Positions 49,861 to 60,056 of a DNA stretch of 64,000 bases are shown here, in pieces. The notes under the pieces were generated by a model. It ran no database searches and had not been told where the DNA came from. It saw nothing but the letters and a program-made list of their open reading frames with translations. This DNA comes from Candidatus Latescibacterota bacterium (GTDB lineage: Bacteria > Latescibacterota > UBA2968 > GCA-2709665), in assembly GCA_965226795.1 (NCBI GenBank), contig CBDDDZ010000005.1, positions 1,824,001 through 1,888,000 of the forward strand, in the 5' to 3' direction. Every line of letters begins with the position of its first letter. Position 1 is the first letter of the stretch. A program made the translations under genes and the position numbers.

Positions 49861-51321
49861 GTGGCAGTCTCCGGAAAGCCACTGAACGAACGGCCCGCCC
49901 ACGAACTGACGGCGTCGATTCTGTCGGGTGAAATTACATCCAGACAGCTCGTCGATGCCGTTTTTCATTGCATTCGAGCGTCGGATCCGGCGATCAACAC
50001 GTACATCACCCTGAATGAAACCGAGGCGATCCGCAAAGCGGAGGAAGTAGACTCCAGAATATCGGCCGGCGGTCCTGTCGGGCCACTGGCGGGCATTCCG
50101 GTTGCCCTTAAGGACCTGCTTTGCACCCGGGACTTGCTCACCACGGCCGGTTCCCGCATACTCGAGAACTTCATTCCCCCCTACGACGCGACTTCCGTCG
50201 CACGCCTGCGCGAGGCCGACGCGGTTATCGTTGGCAAACTCAACATGGACGAGTTTGCCATGGGTTCCTCCAACGAAAACTCGGCGTACGGTCCGGTGCG
50301 AAATCCCCACGATCCGACGCGAGTCCCCGGCGGCTCCAGCGGCGCCAGCGCCGCAAGCGTAGCAGCCAATCAAACCGTACTCGCCCTGGGTACGGATACT
50401 GGCGGCTCCATCCGGCTGCCAGCCTCGTTCTGTGGCGTGGTCGGCCTCAAGCCCACCTACGGTCGGGTCTCCCGTTACGGCCTCGTTGCGTACGCGTCCT
50501 CGCTGGACCAGATTGGTCCCCTGGCACGGAACGTGACGGATGCCGCTCTCCTTCTCAACGTTATTGCCGGGCATGACCCGCTGGATTCCACGTCGGTGGA
50601 TCTTCCCGTACCGGACTACACGGCGGACCTGGAAGCCGGTGTCGCCGGCCTGACCATCGGTCTTCCAACTGGATATTTCGGCGAAGGACTGGACGACGAT
50701 GTACGGAAATCGATTATCGGAAGTGTTGATATCCTGAAAAACGCCGGAGCGGACATCCGAGAGATCGACCTCCCCGTAGCCTGCCATCCGGCCTACTCCA
50801 TAGCCGCTTACTACATCATCGCCACCGGAGAAGCATCCTCGAACCTCTCCCGGTATGACGGCGTCAAGTACGGCAGGCGAAAAGAAGGCCATGATCTCAT
50901 CGATATGTATTGCCGAACCCGCAGCGTCGGGTTCGGTGCGGAGGTCAAACGCCGCATCATGCTCGGCACCTATGCCCTGAGCGCAGGCTACTACGATGCC
51001 TATTACCTGAAGGCCCAGAAGGTGCGCACGCTTATCAAGCGAGATTTCGACCGGGCTTTCGAAACCTGCGACCTGCTCGCCGCGCCCGTTTCACCCACAC
51101 CGGCTTTCCACATTGGCGCGAAAATCGATGACCCGCTCCAGATGTACCTCTCGGATATCTACACCGTTTCGGTCAACCTGGCCGGCATTCCGGGCATCTC
51201 GGTCCCATGCGGCGTGTCGTCGGAGGGCTTGCCCGTTGGGCTGCAACTGCTGGCGCCGGCCTTCAAAGAAGAAAACCTGCTCAGGACCGCCTACGTGGTC
51301 GAACAGGAGTTGACAGGATGA
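49861..51321 (+). CDS. gatA: Asp/Glu-tRNA amidotransferase subunit A
   Basis: [56 protein letters not shown]. Confidence 0.96.
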   Translation: MAVSGKPLNERPAHELTASILSGEITSRQLVDAVFHCIRASDPAINTYITLNETEAIRKAEEVDSRISAGGPVGPLAGIPVALKDLLCTRDLLTTAGSRILENFIPPYDATSVARLREADAVIVGKLNMDEFAMGSSNENSAYGPVRNPHDPTRVPGGSSGASAASVAANQTVLALGTDTGGSIRLPASFCGVVGLKPTYGRVSRYGLVAYASSLDQIGPLARNVTDAALLLNVIAGHDPLDSTSVDLPVPDYTADLEAGVAGLTIGLPTGYFGEGLDDDVRKSIIGSVDILKNAGADIREIDLPVACHPAYSIAAYYIIATGEASSNLSRYDGVKYGRRKEGHDLIDMYCRTRSVGFGAEVKRRIMLGTYALSAGYYDAYYLKAQKVRTLIKRDFDRAFETCDLLAAPVSPTPAFHIGAKIDDPLQMYLSDIYTVSVNLAGIPGISVPCGVSSEGLPVGLQLLAPAFKEENLLRTAYVVEQELTG

Positions 51322-52784
51322 AGTACGAATCCGTCATCGGTCTGGAGGTTCACGCCCAGCTTGCCACGCAGACCAAGATTTTTTGTGGGTGCAGCGTGTC
51401 GTACGACGCCGACGCCAATTCGCGAACCTGTCCGGTCTGCCTGGGGTTGCCCGGCGCACTGCCCGTGCTGAACCGGGAGGCCGTAGAACACACCATACGC
51501 ATCGCGCTGGCGGTTGGTTGCACCGTCCAGCGGCGAAGCCGTTTCCTGAGGAAGAACTATTTCTATCCCGATCTGCCCAAGGGGTATCAGATTTCCCAGT
51601 TCCAGTCCAACGACGAAATGCCCCTGGCCACGGGCGGCGGTATCGAAATCCCTTCCGGTAACGGCACGAAGACCGTCCGCCTCATTCGCATACATATGGA
51701 AGAAGACGCGGGCAAGAGCATCCATGACGAGGCGTTTGTGGCCGCCGGAGAATCGCTGGTGGACCTCAACCGCTGCGGTGTGCCACTCATCGAACTCGTC
51801 AGTGAACCGGATATCACTTCGCCTGAAGAAGCATCACATTTCATGTCCCGCCTGCGACAGATACTGATCTATACGGGCGTTTCGGAAGGGGACATGGAAA
51901 AGGGCCATATCCGGATTGACGCTAACGTATCGATCCGGCCGGCCGGCGCAACCGGACTCGGCACCAAGGTCGAGATCAAGAACATGAACTCCATACGGAA
52001 CTGCCGGCGGGCCCTTGAAGCCGAAATCCTTCGCCAGATCGACACGACCGAAGCCGGCGGCGGAATCACACAGGTGACCCTGCTTTACGATCCGGACCGC
52101 AACCAGTTGCGCACCATGCGAGGCAAGGAGTCCTCCGACGACTATCGCTATTTCCCCGAGCCGGACCTGGTTCCGGTCGTCGTCGACCGGGAATGGATAG
52201 AACGGGTCAAACCCACCGTTCCCGAGTTGCCCCAAGCGAAACGCGCTCGTTTCGAGTCCGCCTACGCCCTCAGGCCAGACCAGATCTCGACCCTGGTCGC
52301 CGACCGGAAAGTGGCCGATTATTATGAAGCTGCCGTTTCGGCGGGGGCCGACGCCACAACGGCCGCAAACTGGGTTCAGGGCGACGTCCTTCGGACGCTC
52401 AACCAGCGCAAGATAGACATCGATGGACTCAAGGCGACACCGGAAAACCTCGCTGCGCTGCTGAAATTGATTGGAGCCGGCACCATCAGTGCGAGCATCG
52501 CCAGGACCGTATTCGCCGAGATGGCCGAAACCGGCGCCGCCCCCGAAACCGTCGTGGAACAGAAGGGACTCGCGCAGATCAGCGATTCGTCCCAAATCGA
52601 GGGTCTGATCGAAACGCTGGTTTCGGAACATCCTGACGCAGCCGGCAGATACAGGAGGGGCGACAGAAAGCTGTTGGGTTTCTTTATGGGGCAGATCATG
52701 AAGGCCACGACAGGCCGGGCGAACCCGAAAGTGGCGAACCAGCTGTTGTGCCGGAAGCTCGAGAATGGAACCGTCCAGGGTTGA
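51318..52784 (+). CDS. gatB: Asp/Glu-tRNA amidotransferase subunit B
   Basis: [57 protein letters not shown] overlap with gatA. Confidence 0.96.
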   Translation: MKYESVIGLEVHAQLATQTKIFCGCSVSYDADANSRTCPVCLGLPGALPVLNREAVEHTIRIALAVGCTVQRRSRFLRKNYFYPDLPKGYQISQFQSNDEMPLATGGGIEIPSGNGTKTVRLIRIHMEEDAGKSIHDEAFVAAGESLVDLNRCGVPLIELVSEPDITSPEEASHFMSRLRQILIYTGVSEGDMEKGHIRIDANVSIRPAGATGLGTKVEIKNMNSIRNCRRALEAEILRQIDTTEAGGGITQVTLLYDPDRNQLRTMRGKESSDDYRYFPEPDLVPVVVDREWIERVKPTVPELPQAKRARFESAYALRPDQISTLVADRKVADYYEAAVSAGADATTAANWVQGDVLRTLNQRKIDIDGLKATPENLAALLKLIGAGTISASIARTVFAEMAETGAAPETVVEQKGLAQISDSSQIEGLIETLVSEHPDAAGRYRRGDRKLLGFFMGQIMKATTGRANPKVANQLLCRKLENGTVQG

Positions 52785-52945
52785 TTCGGCCCTTGTACGG
52801 GACTACCAACGGTAGACGCGCGCTCACAGCACGACCGCCCGGACGATTTCGCCCACGCTCCTCCCACGCCGGTCTCCATCGCCGTTTCTCTTACGTCCCA
52901 CGCTTCTCCGCCCGGCATTGAACAGTTCTTCCAGCGCAAACAGCC

Positions 52946-53626
52946 GTGAGCACCTATCTCGTCATCTTCGCCAGGAACCCCGTACCCGGTGAGGTCAAGA
53001 CCCGTCTCCATTCCCGGTACATGCCGAAACAGGCGGCGGCAATCTACCGCGCATTCATCCTGGATACCGTGAATACTGCGAAGATAGCTGACGTGGACCG
53101 GCGCTGTGTGGCCTTCGATCCGCCCGGGGCGGAAGCCGAACTCGCCGATCTTGCCGGACCGGGTTGGGTCCTTTTCCCGCAGGTCTCCGCCGACCTGGGC
53201 GGACGCATGTACGGAGCGGCCCGTCACTGCTTCGATCTGGGCGCCGGACGCGTGGTGATTCTGGGAACCGACGTACCTTCGCTGCCAGCCCGCCATATCG
53301 AACGGGCATTCGAACTCCTCGAAGGGCAGGAGATCGTGCTCGGACCCAGCATGGACGGTGGTTATTATCTCCTTGGCCTCACAAGACCGGTCCGTGGCCT
53401 CTTCCGTGGCATCGCATGGAGCACGGAGCACGTGTTCGTTCAGACGCTTGAAAGGGCCGAGTCCTTACATCTCACCGTTGGCGTTTTACCGGCCTGGTAC
53501 GACGTGGACACGCCGGAGCAACTGGACCATCTCGTTGCCCACACGCGCGGGCACCTCCAGGCCGGTCTGAAGGACCCCATTCCTCACACCCGCGCCTGCC
53601 TGGAAACTCTGGGCCGCCTCGAGTAA
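52946..53626 (+). CDS. DUF2064/TIGR04282-type glycosyltransferase-like (CofC-related) protein
   Basis: IFARNPVPGEVKTRL, DLGGRM, LGTDVP, LGPSMDGGYYLLG, WST, DVDT. Confidence 0.88.
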   Translation: MSTYLVIFARNPVPGEVKTRLHSRYMPKQAAAIYRAFILDTVNTAKIADVDRRCVAFDPPGAEAELADLAGPGWVLFPQVSADLGGRMYGAARHCFDLGAGRVVILGTDVPSLPARHIERAFELLEGQEIVLGPSMDGGYYLLGLTRPVRGLFRGIAWSTEHVFVQTLERAESLHLTVGVLPAWYDVDTPEQLDHLVAHTRGHLQAGLKDPIPHTRACLETLGRLE

Positions 53627-53677
53627 CGGTCTGTACGGAATGGGCAGGCGGCAAACCCGCTTACCAAGGAAAACCAG

Positions 53678-54820
53678 ATGAAAATTGCCCGTATCGAACA
53701 ATTTTTCCCGCGACCGCGTACCCGCCTGCTGAAAATCACAACCAATAACGGCCTCGAGGGTTGGGGAGAAACCACCCTGGAAGGCAGACCCCGAAGCACC
53801 GTGGCCGCCGTCGAGGAACTGTCAACCTATCTCACCGGCAAAGACCCGCTCCGGATCCAGCACCACTGGCAGCATATCTACCGTTCCGCGTTCTACCGGG
53901 GAGGCGCCGTTCTCATGACCGCCCTGTCGGGTATCGACCAGGCGCTCTGGGACATCGCGGGGAAGCACTATGGGGTGCCCGCGCACCAGTTGCTTGGCGG
54001 ACCGGTCAGGGACCGGATTCGGGTCTATGCCCACTGGGGCATCGGCGGGCTTACGGAAGAGGCGAAGGCCGTTTCAAGACAACGGCTGGACAGCCTCCGG
54101 AAAGTGGGAGGATACAAGGCCTTCAAGACCGGGCCAGGGGGCACGTGGCGGTCGCACGAACCTCCCGCCGTCATCGATGAATTCGTGCGTCGGGCGTACC
54201 TGATGCGGGAGTGGGTCGGGCCCGACGTGGAGCTCTGTTTCGATTTCCATGGAAAAATGACACCCGCGCTGGCGATTGAAATCTGCCACGAACTCAAGGG
54301 CATGCGCCCGATGTTCGTGGAAGAACCGGTTCCACAGGAAAACGTGGATGCCCTCAAGCACGTCTCCGACCGGGTTCCGTTTCCTGTCGCCACCGGTGAG
54401 CGGCTGTTCAGCAGATGGGAATTCCGGCGGATCTTCGAAAATCAGGCCGCGGCCTATATCCAACCGGACGTTTCGCACGCCGGAGGTATTACGGAAACCG
54501 TCAAGATCGCCAACATGGCTGAAGTCTACTACATGCACATCATGCCACATTGCGCCATCGGGCCCGTCGCATTCACGTCATGCCTCCACGTCGACGCCGC
54601 CGTTCCCAACTTTCTGATTCAGGAGCAGGTCGACTCCTGTCTCGGAGAAGGACTGCTGAAGAATCCGTGGCAGGTGAAAGACGGACACATCCTGCTCCCC
54701 ACCGAACCCGGCCTCGGCATTGAACTCGACGAACGCGAAGTCCAGAAAAGGAGTAACTACACAGAGGAACTCGGCGGGGAATATTACGACGAGACCGACG
54801 GGAGCGTGGCCGACTGGTAG
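53678..54820 (+). CDS. dgoD: Galactonate dehydratase-like enolase superfamily enzyme
   Basis: GWGE, FYRGG..MTALSGIDQALWDI, LLGG.VRDRI, DFHG, FVEEP, ATGERL, QPD.SHAGGITE, NFLIQE; exact substrate uncertain. Confidence 0.8.
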   Translation: MKIARIEQFFPRPRTRLLKITTNNGLEGWGETTLEGRPRSTVAAVEELSTYLTGKDPLRIQHHWQHIYRSAFYRGGAVLMTALSGIDQALWDIAGKHYGVPAHQLLGGPVRDRIRVYAHWGIGGLTEEAKAVSRQRLDSLRKVGGYKAFKTGPGGTWRSHEPPAVIDEFVRRAYLMREWVGPDVELCFDFHGKMTPALAIEICHELKGMRPMFVEEPVPQENVDALKHVSDRVPFPVATGERLFSRWEFRRIFENQAAAYIQPDVSHAGGITETVKIANMAEVYYMHIMPHCAIGPVAFTSCLHVDAAVPNFLIQEQVDSCLGEGLLKNPWQVKDGHILLPTEPGLGIELDEREVQKRSNYTEELGGEYYDETDGSVADW

Positions 54821-55029
54821 GCGTGATCCCACAGCCCGTAAACGATACATCGAGGGCTTGTTCCCTGACGGGCGGCCGGGTACGTATTCAGCCATTGTTT
54901 CCGCCCGATTAGCCACGACCGGGACGAACGTTACCGGATGCCGTCCGGCGCCTTGAGACGGCGCGTACCCCGGGTGGTCCCACCCTCTTCGCTCGAAGAT
55001 CGGACCCGATGCGCGCGTCGATCGCACGA

Positions 55030-56328
55030 CTACGCGTCAGCCGACTTCGTGTCCCCGTCAATCTCGCGCCAATGCCTGTGAATCGGTACGGGCACCACCG
55101 TCGTCTCCCAGTAGTCCTCGGGCAGATCCTGCCACGCCGCGACGGTCAGGGCCTCCCGATCCCATACCACCTCACCCTTCCGGAGCGTCAGTTTACAGAC
55201 CAGGCGCTCGGACCCGTCCATCCGTCCCCATCCGCAATCCCGGAAGGAAAACGCACCCTCGACGCGGGCGAGCACCGCGACGTCGGCCTCCGCCCCAACC
55301 CCGAGCGTGCCCAGATCCGGCCGTCGGATCGCCTGCGCCGGCGCTGCCGTCGACCGGTAGATCACCTCCCGCAGGGGAATTCCCATCAGAAGGCACTTGG
55401 ACATCGTGTCGGTCATACTGACCACGGACCCGTGGATATTTCCGGTATGCAGATCCGTGCTGATCGAGTCCGGCGGAAACCCGTCCGCTATGGCACGCAC
55501 GCCATTTCGGTACCAGAAACTCGCCGCGCCGTGGCCCAGATCGAACCAGACGCCACGCTCCCTGGCTTTGAGCATGTAGTCCCGGACCCGCCCATTCCCG
55601 TCGATGACGGGAAACTGCCGCGCGAAGACGTGGGTGTGAATGTCGCCACGACGCAGCTTTTTCAGAATAAGATCCGGGTAGGACCGCTCCGGCGGCCGTG
55701 GCCAGAAGTCCACCATCACCGGCATCCCGCACAGGTCACCCGCCTCCACCGCCCGTTCGACGGATGCCCATGGGGGATGGTCGATGTCAAACGGCTCTCG
55801 CGGCCAGTAGTGGGCCGTCTTGATGCCCACAACCACATCCCTGTGATCTATCGCGGCCGATGCCGCGCCTGCAGCGTCGAACGTACGGATATCCTGTTCC
55901 GAATTTCCCATTCCCGGCGCCGAGATATTGACGTAAGCCAGAATCCGGCAGGTCTTTTTTTCCATCACGGTCTGCCTGAAATGCGAGATTTCGTCGCACC
56001 CTGCCGTCCCGGTATCCACGCATGTCGTCACCCCGTCGCTCAAAAAATGCGCATCCGCGTTCAGGCTGCCCGTAAATTTGTCCGGCGCAGGGTGCAGCCG
56101 ACTGTCGTAGGCGTGGACGTGAATGTCCAACAGACCCGGTGTGACCAGCATGCCCGATACGTCGATGACACGCGCCGCCCGTTCCCCGGCAATCCCTTCC
56201 GAAACCTCGGCGATTTTGCCGTCCCGAATGCCCAGGTCGCAAATTCCTTCCACCCCATTCGCGGGATCGACGACGTTTCCGCCCTTAAGCAACAAATCCA
56301 ACCGAACATCCACCGGAAATGTTTCCAT
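55030..56328 (-). CDS. Amidohydrolase/deacetylase family metallohydrolase (dihydroorotase-like)
   Basis: PGLLDIHVH, GVTTCVDTG, VVGIK, GDIHTH, FDLGHG..SF, ISTDLH, ADVAV. Confidence 0.88.
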   Translation of the reverse strand: METFPVDVRLDLLLKGGNVVDPANGVEGICDLGIRDGKIAEVSEGIAGERAARVIDVSGMLVTPGLLDIHVHAYDSRLHPAPDKFTGSLNADAHFLSDGVTTCVDTGTAGCDEISHFRQTVMEKKTCRILAYVNISAPGMGNSEQDIRTFDAAGAASAAIDHRDVVVGIKTAHYWPREPFDIDHPPWASVERAVEAGDLCGMPVMVDFWPRPPERSYPDLILKKLRRGDIHTHVFARQFPVIDGNGRVRDYMLKARERGVWFDLGHGAASFWYRNGVRAIADGFPPDSISTDLHTGNIHGSVVSMTDTMSKCLLMGIPLREVIYRSTAAPAQAIRRPDLGTLGVGAEADVAVLARVEGAFSFRDCGWGRMDGSERLVCKLTLRKGEVVWDREALTVAAWQDLPEDYWETTVVPVPIHRHWREIDGDTKSADA

Positions 56329-56457
56329 TGTACCATGCTCCCTTTTTAAAGTGAAGTGGCGGCTGCCCCACAGGCGTATGCCCGGTGTGATTCCGGCGCC
56401 ACGAGCGCGGCGAGGGGACCGCGGAACGCTGGGAATAAACACGCGCGTTATTCATTG

Positions 56458-56476
56458 TAACCGGTATGTCCGGTTA
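56458..56476. promoter_or_regulatory. Inverted repeat, candidate operator between divergent genes
   Basis: TAACCGG-N5-CCGGTTA. Confidence 0.45.
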
Positions 56477-56511
56477 TAAATTTCCACGGTATTTACCCGG
56501 CGACTATGATT

Positions 56512-56539
56512 TTGAAATTGGACCGGCGTATGTTATATT
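56512..56539 (+). promoter_or_regulatory. sigma70-type promoter
   Basis: TTGAAA (56512-56517) - 16 nt - TATATT (56534-56539) with extended TGn. Confidence 0.55.
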
Positions 56540-56637
56540 GTAGACCGCGATGCCGATAGCCGCATACACTCGGCGCACCATCCGGCAGGCACAGCAAAAG
56601 AAGAGATTCGAGCCGGAAACTTCGCCCTGGAGCAACC

Positions 56638-57180
56638 ATGAGGCCGAAGAAGCACGGACTCAACAAATATCAAAAGCGGGCATTCAGAATCGGGGAAGCA
56701 CGCATCAACGGAGAGAACATCGCGAAACTTATAGAACTCTCCCGCAGCCGCGACCCGGAAGATCGCAAAACCGCCGCCAATTTCCTGTGCCCCTGCCACG
56801 TCCGCCGCCGCCTGGAGGAAGTCTGGCGCGCGCTATACCGCATGCTCGAAGACCCCGACCAGGGCGTGCGCAAGGCCGCGTGGCACACCCTGGAAGACGG
56901 CGGACGACCCGACGACTCCGCTCTGGATGCCATATTCGAACGCGCGGCGCAAAGCGATTCCGACAAGGGGATTCGGCGCCAGGCTACCGCCTATCTGAAC
57001 GCCCGCACGGAACATTCAGATTTCGCACTGCAGGCGGCAGCGCAAACCGGTTACCCCGAACGCGGCAAATGCGACTTCTGCGGTTCGACTAATATATTTG
57101 CAAAAACCGACTTTGAAACCGAAATTCCGGATGACGGCCGGACGCGCTTCAGTCTCGTCTGCGAGGCCTGCGCCGGCTGA
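56638..57180 (+). CDS. HEAT-repeat protein with CPCH motif and C-terminal zinc finger
   Basis: EDPDQGVRKAAWHTL and DSDKGIRRQA HEAT-like repeats, LCPCHV, CDFC...CEAC; GGAG RBS. Confidence 0.75.
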   Translation: MRPKKHGLNKYQKRAFRIGEARINGENIAKLIELSRSRDPEDRKTAANFLCPCHVRRRLEEVWRALYRMLEDPDQGVRKAAWHTLEDGGRPDDSALDAIFERAAQSDSDKGIRRQATAYLNARTEHSDFALQAAAQTGYPERGKCDFCGSTNIFAKTDFETEIPDDGRTRFSLVCEACAG

Positions 57181-57208
57181 GTCCCGCGTCCAAAACAGTG
57201 GAGGAACC

Positions 57209-58000
57209 ATGCAGATCATTGTCCATAACGAAGACGAACTCAAGGATCGCTGGAACGGCCTACAGAACTTTCTCTTCGACCCGGAGTACTTCCGTTTCGA
57301 CATGGCGTTCCCTTCCGCGGAAGAAATCGTGGACATCCTTCGAATGGATAGTCAGGCACGGATCAACATTCCCGGCGACCTCCCGGAAGATGAAAAAAAA
57401 GAGAGGATTGCGGAATTCAAAACGCTTCCCATCGCGGACGTTATCGACCGGCCCTTCACGCTGGCCCACTTTCACTTGCAGAACTTCTACGGCGAGGGTC
57501 AAGTTCTGCGGGATTTCCAGAAGAGGGTTATGATTCCCTGGCGCACCTTTCTGGCGTCGAACGGCTTTACCTGGCAACGCTGTTATCCCATCATTTTCAT
57601 TTCCGGGAAGCATTGCCACTCCTCCTACCACATGGATACCTCGCACGTCGTAGCCTGGCAGATCCGGGGCGTAAAATACTTCAACGCGTTCAAAGATCCC
57701 TACAAATATGCACCCCTCGACGTCGCCGTCAACAACCGCGAGACACTCAGAAGGCCGGACGGCCCCCCTGACCACGAACCGGACGACGTTCTCTCATACA
57801 AGATGGGAAAAGGCGACCTGCTCTGGAATCAGATACTCACCCCCCATTGGGTGCCTGCGGGTGACAGCGTCGCTGTGAGCGTAAATATCTCGCACGGCGG
57901 CATCGCTTACGGCGGACGGTTCTGCCCCAACGAGACCGCCCTGAGACAACGCTGGGAAACCCATCCCCGGGAAGCATGGCTTGTGGATACACGCTACTGA
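57209..58000 (+). CDS. JmjC/cupin-like Fe(II)/2-oxoglutarate oxygenase
   Basis: SSYHMD..VAWQIRGVK...GDLLW..TPHWV (HxD...H triad); GGAGG RBS. Confidence 0.75.
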   Translation: MQIIVHNEDELKDRWNGLQNFLFDPEYFRFDMAFPSAEEIVDILRMDSQARINIPGDLPEDEKKERIAEFKTLPIADVIDRPFTLAHFHLQNFYGEGQVLRDFQKRVMIPWRTFLASNGFTWQRCYPIIFISGKHCHSSYHMDTSHVVAWQIRGVKYFNAFKDPYKYAPLDVAVNNRETLRRPDGPPDHEPDDVLSYKMGKGDLLWNQILTPHWVPAGDSVAVSVNISHGGIAYGGRFCPNETALRQRWETHPREAWLVDTRY

Positions 58001-58153
58001 CAAAGCAGCCTCTCAGCTTGTACATGGCCGCGACCCGGATCGTCTGCAGCAGAACCGCAGACCAGCCGTGCGGGACCGTGGCGCAGGGTTCAGACGCGTC
58101 GTGAGATACACAACGCAAGCGGCAGTCAACAAACGCTTCATTGTAAATTCTAT

Positions 58154-58984
58154 ATGGCGTACGTCAAACGAGACGCTCATCCGGTTTCCGGATGGCGGCG
58201 GCGTCTACGGAATATCATATTTGAATCTGACACTCCTGCGGGGCGTCGGTTCGACCTCCTTCTCATTTCCAGCATCATTCTGAGTGTACTGACCGTGATG
58301 CTGGACAGCATCGCCGCTGTGCGGGAGATCCACGGCGAACTGCTCTACAAACTCGAATGGTTTTTCACGCTGATCTTTACAGCCGAATACGTTCTTCGGC
58401 TGATGTGCGTCGGCCGCGCGCTGCAATACGCGACTTCCTTCTTTGGCGTGGTTGACCTGCTTGCCATTACACCCACCTACATCAGCTTCCTCATGCCCGG
58501 CAGCCACTATCTGGTGGTCGTCCGTATACTACGCGTGCTTCGGGTCTTTCGCGTACTCAAGCTGGTGAAATATCTGGACGCCGCACGCATGCTCTCAGTG
58601 GCGATCCGGACAAGCAGCCGAAAAATAGCGGTCTTTCTGGTCGCCATGACGACGGCGGTTGTTATCCTCGGTTCGCTGATGTACGTGATCGAAGATCCCG
58701 AGACCGGTTTTACCAGCATCCCCCGAAGTATCTACTGGGCAATAGTGACCCTTACCACGGTGGGGTACGGCGATATCTCACCCAAAACCGTACCCGGCCA
58801 GACCCTCGCGGCCGTCGTTATGGTTCTGGGTTACAGCGTTATCGTGGTGCCCTCGGGCATCCTGTCGGTAGAAATCTCGCAGGCCCTGAGAATGGGGGCC
58901 GCCACCAGGTTCTGCTCGACGTGCAACGCCGAGACCCGCGAATCCGATGCGATTTATTGTCGATGCTGTGGCGCGAAATTATAA
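58154..58984 (+). CDS. 6-TM voltage-gated-type potassium channel
   Basis: S4 RILRVLRVFRVLK, pore TLTTVGYGD, C-terminal CxxC..CxxC zinc ribbon. Confidence 0.93.
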   Translation: MAYVKRDAHPVSGWRRRLRNIIFESDTPAGRRFDLLLISSIILSVLTVMLDSIAAVREIHGELLYKLEWFFTLIFTAEYVLRLMCVGRALQYATSFFGVVDLLAITPTYISFLMPGSHYLVVVRILRVLRVFRVLKLVKYLDAARMLSVAIRTSSRKIAVFLVAMTTAVVILGSLMYVIEDPETGFTSIPRSIYWAIVTLTTVGYGDISPKTVPGQTLAAVVMVLGYSVIVVPSGILSVEISQALRMGAATRFCSTCNAETRESDAIYCRCCGAKL

Positions 58985-59957
58985 GCCGTTTGCCGTGTTC
59001 CTTCTGGTGGGGCTGGCAGTCGTCTGTTTTCGGCCGGCATCCGGGACTCCGGAACAGCGGGCAGCCAATCTGTGCGCCGGCGCCGAAACCGCGTTAAGAC
59101 ACGGAGACGACGAAACAGCGATGGCGTCCTACCGGGACGCCATCGCGATCCACCCGGAATCCGTCCGTGCCAGGCTAGGCCTGACTGGCCTCCTGACGAG
59201 GCGGCGGCGATTTACAGAAGCGAAGGAAACCCTGATGCCGATCTCGACCCTCGTTTCGGGCCCCAGGGAATGGATGGATTACGCGCGCGCCCTTCGAAAT
59301 GCCCGGGCGGACGAAGAGGCCGAAGCTGCCTTGAAGAGAGCGGCAGAGGAAATACCCGACAGCCCGGGACCCGCCCTGGCGCTGGCCGAACTCTACCTCT
59401 CGACGGGGAACCTCGACAGCGCCGAATACCATTACAGGCGCGCCAGGTCCCTGGGCGGTGCTCGTGGCGGACCTCACGCCGGCCTGGGGCGCATTCACTT
59501 CAGCCGCGGCGCACTCGACTCTGCCGCGGCCTGCTTCCGACTGGCCCTTCTGGAAAATCCGGAAGATGTCGATTTGCTCTGTGACGTCGCCTGGAACGAA
59601 CTCCAGAGGAAGCGGGCACACGCGGGAATACACCACCTCCGTCGGGCGGTCGCACTGGATCCCTATCATCCTCGTACACGATATCTGCTGGGACAGACCC
59701 TGCTCGCCCTCGGGCTGGAGGAGGAAGCCGGAAGGAACCTGGAAGCGTTCGGCCGCCAGAGCAGGTTGGCGGGACGCATTCGCGTTCTGGAACAGAGCGC
59801 CGCGGAGAGCCCGACGGCGGAACGTTATCAGACCCTGTCGCACTTCTACAGCCTGGCGGGTCGAGACAGCCTGGCCGCCGCTTGCCTGCAGAGGGCGACC
59901 GCGCTGAACCCTCTGGTTACCGCGCCCCGGGAAGCAATCGGAACCAACCCTTTCTGA
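58947..59957 (+). CDS. Tetratricopeptide-repeat protein, probably exported
   Basis: N-terminal hydrophobic segment, repeated TPR-like A..Y/F..A+..P units; start uncertain (overlaps the channel gene). Confidence 0.75.
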   Translation: MRFIVDAVARNYKPFAVFLLVGLAVVCFRPASGTPEQRAANLCAGAETALRHGDDETAMASYRDAIAIHPESVRARLGLTGLLTRRRRFTEAKETLMPISTLVSGPREWMDYARALRNARADEEAEAALKRAAEEIPDSPGPALALAELYLSTGNLDSAEYHYRRARSLGGARGGPHAGLGRIHFSRGALDSAAACFRLALLENPEDVDLLCDVAWNELQRKRAHAGIHHLRRAVALDPYHPRTRYLLGQTLLALGLEEEAGRNLEAFGRQSRLAGRIRVLEQSAAESPTAERYQTLSHFYSLAGRDSLAAACLQRATALNPLVTAPREAIGTNPF

Positions 59958-60056
59958 CCTGACCGGTTCCGGGATATTCACCTGAGAGGTTCGCGCCCTT
60001 TTTCCGAACGCTGGATATGGGGCATACCCAACCCGGTTTTGGGAAATCAGCAACCC

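Noticed and set aside
49624..52784. gatC missing, with tatA upstream of gatA
   Set aside because: Separated gatC and tatA-gatA adjacency are, to my knowledge, seen in FCB-group genomes
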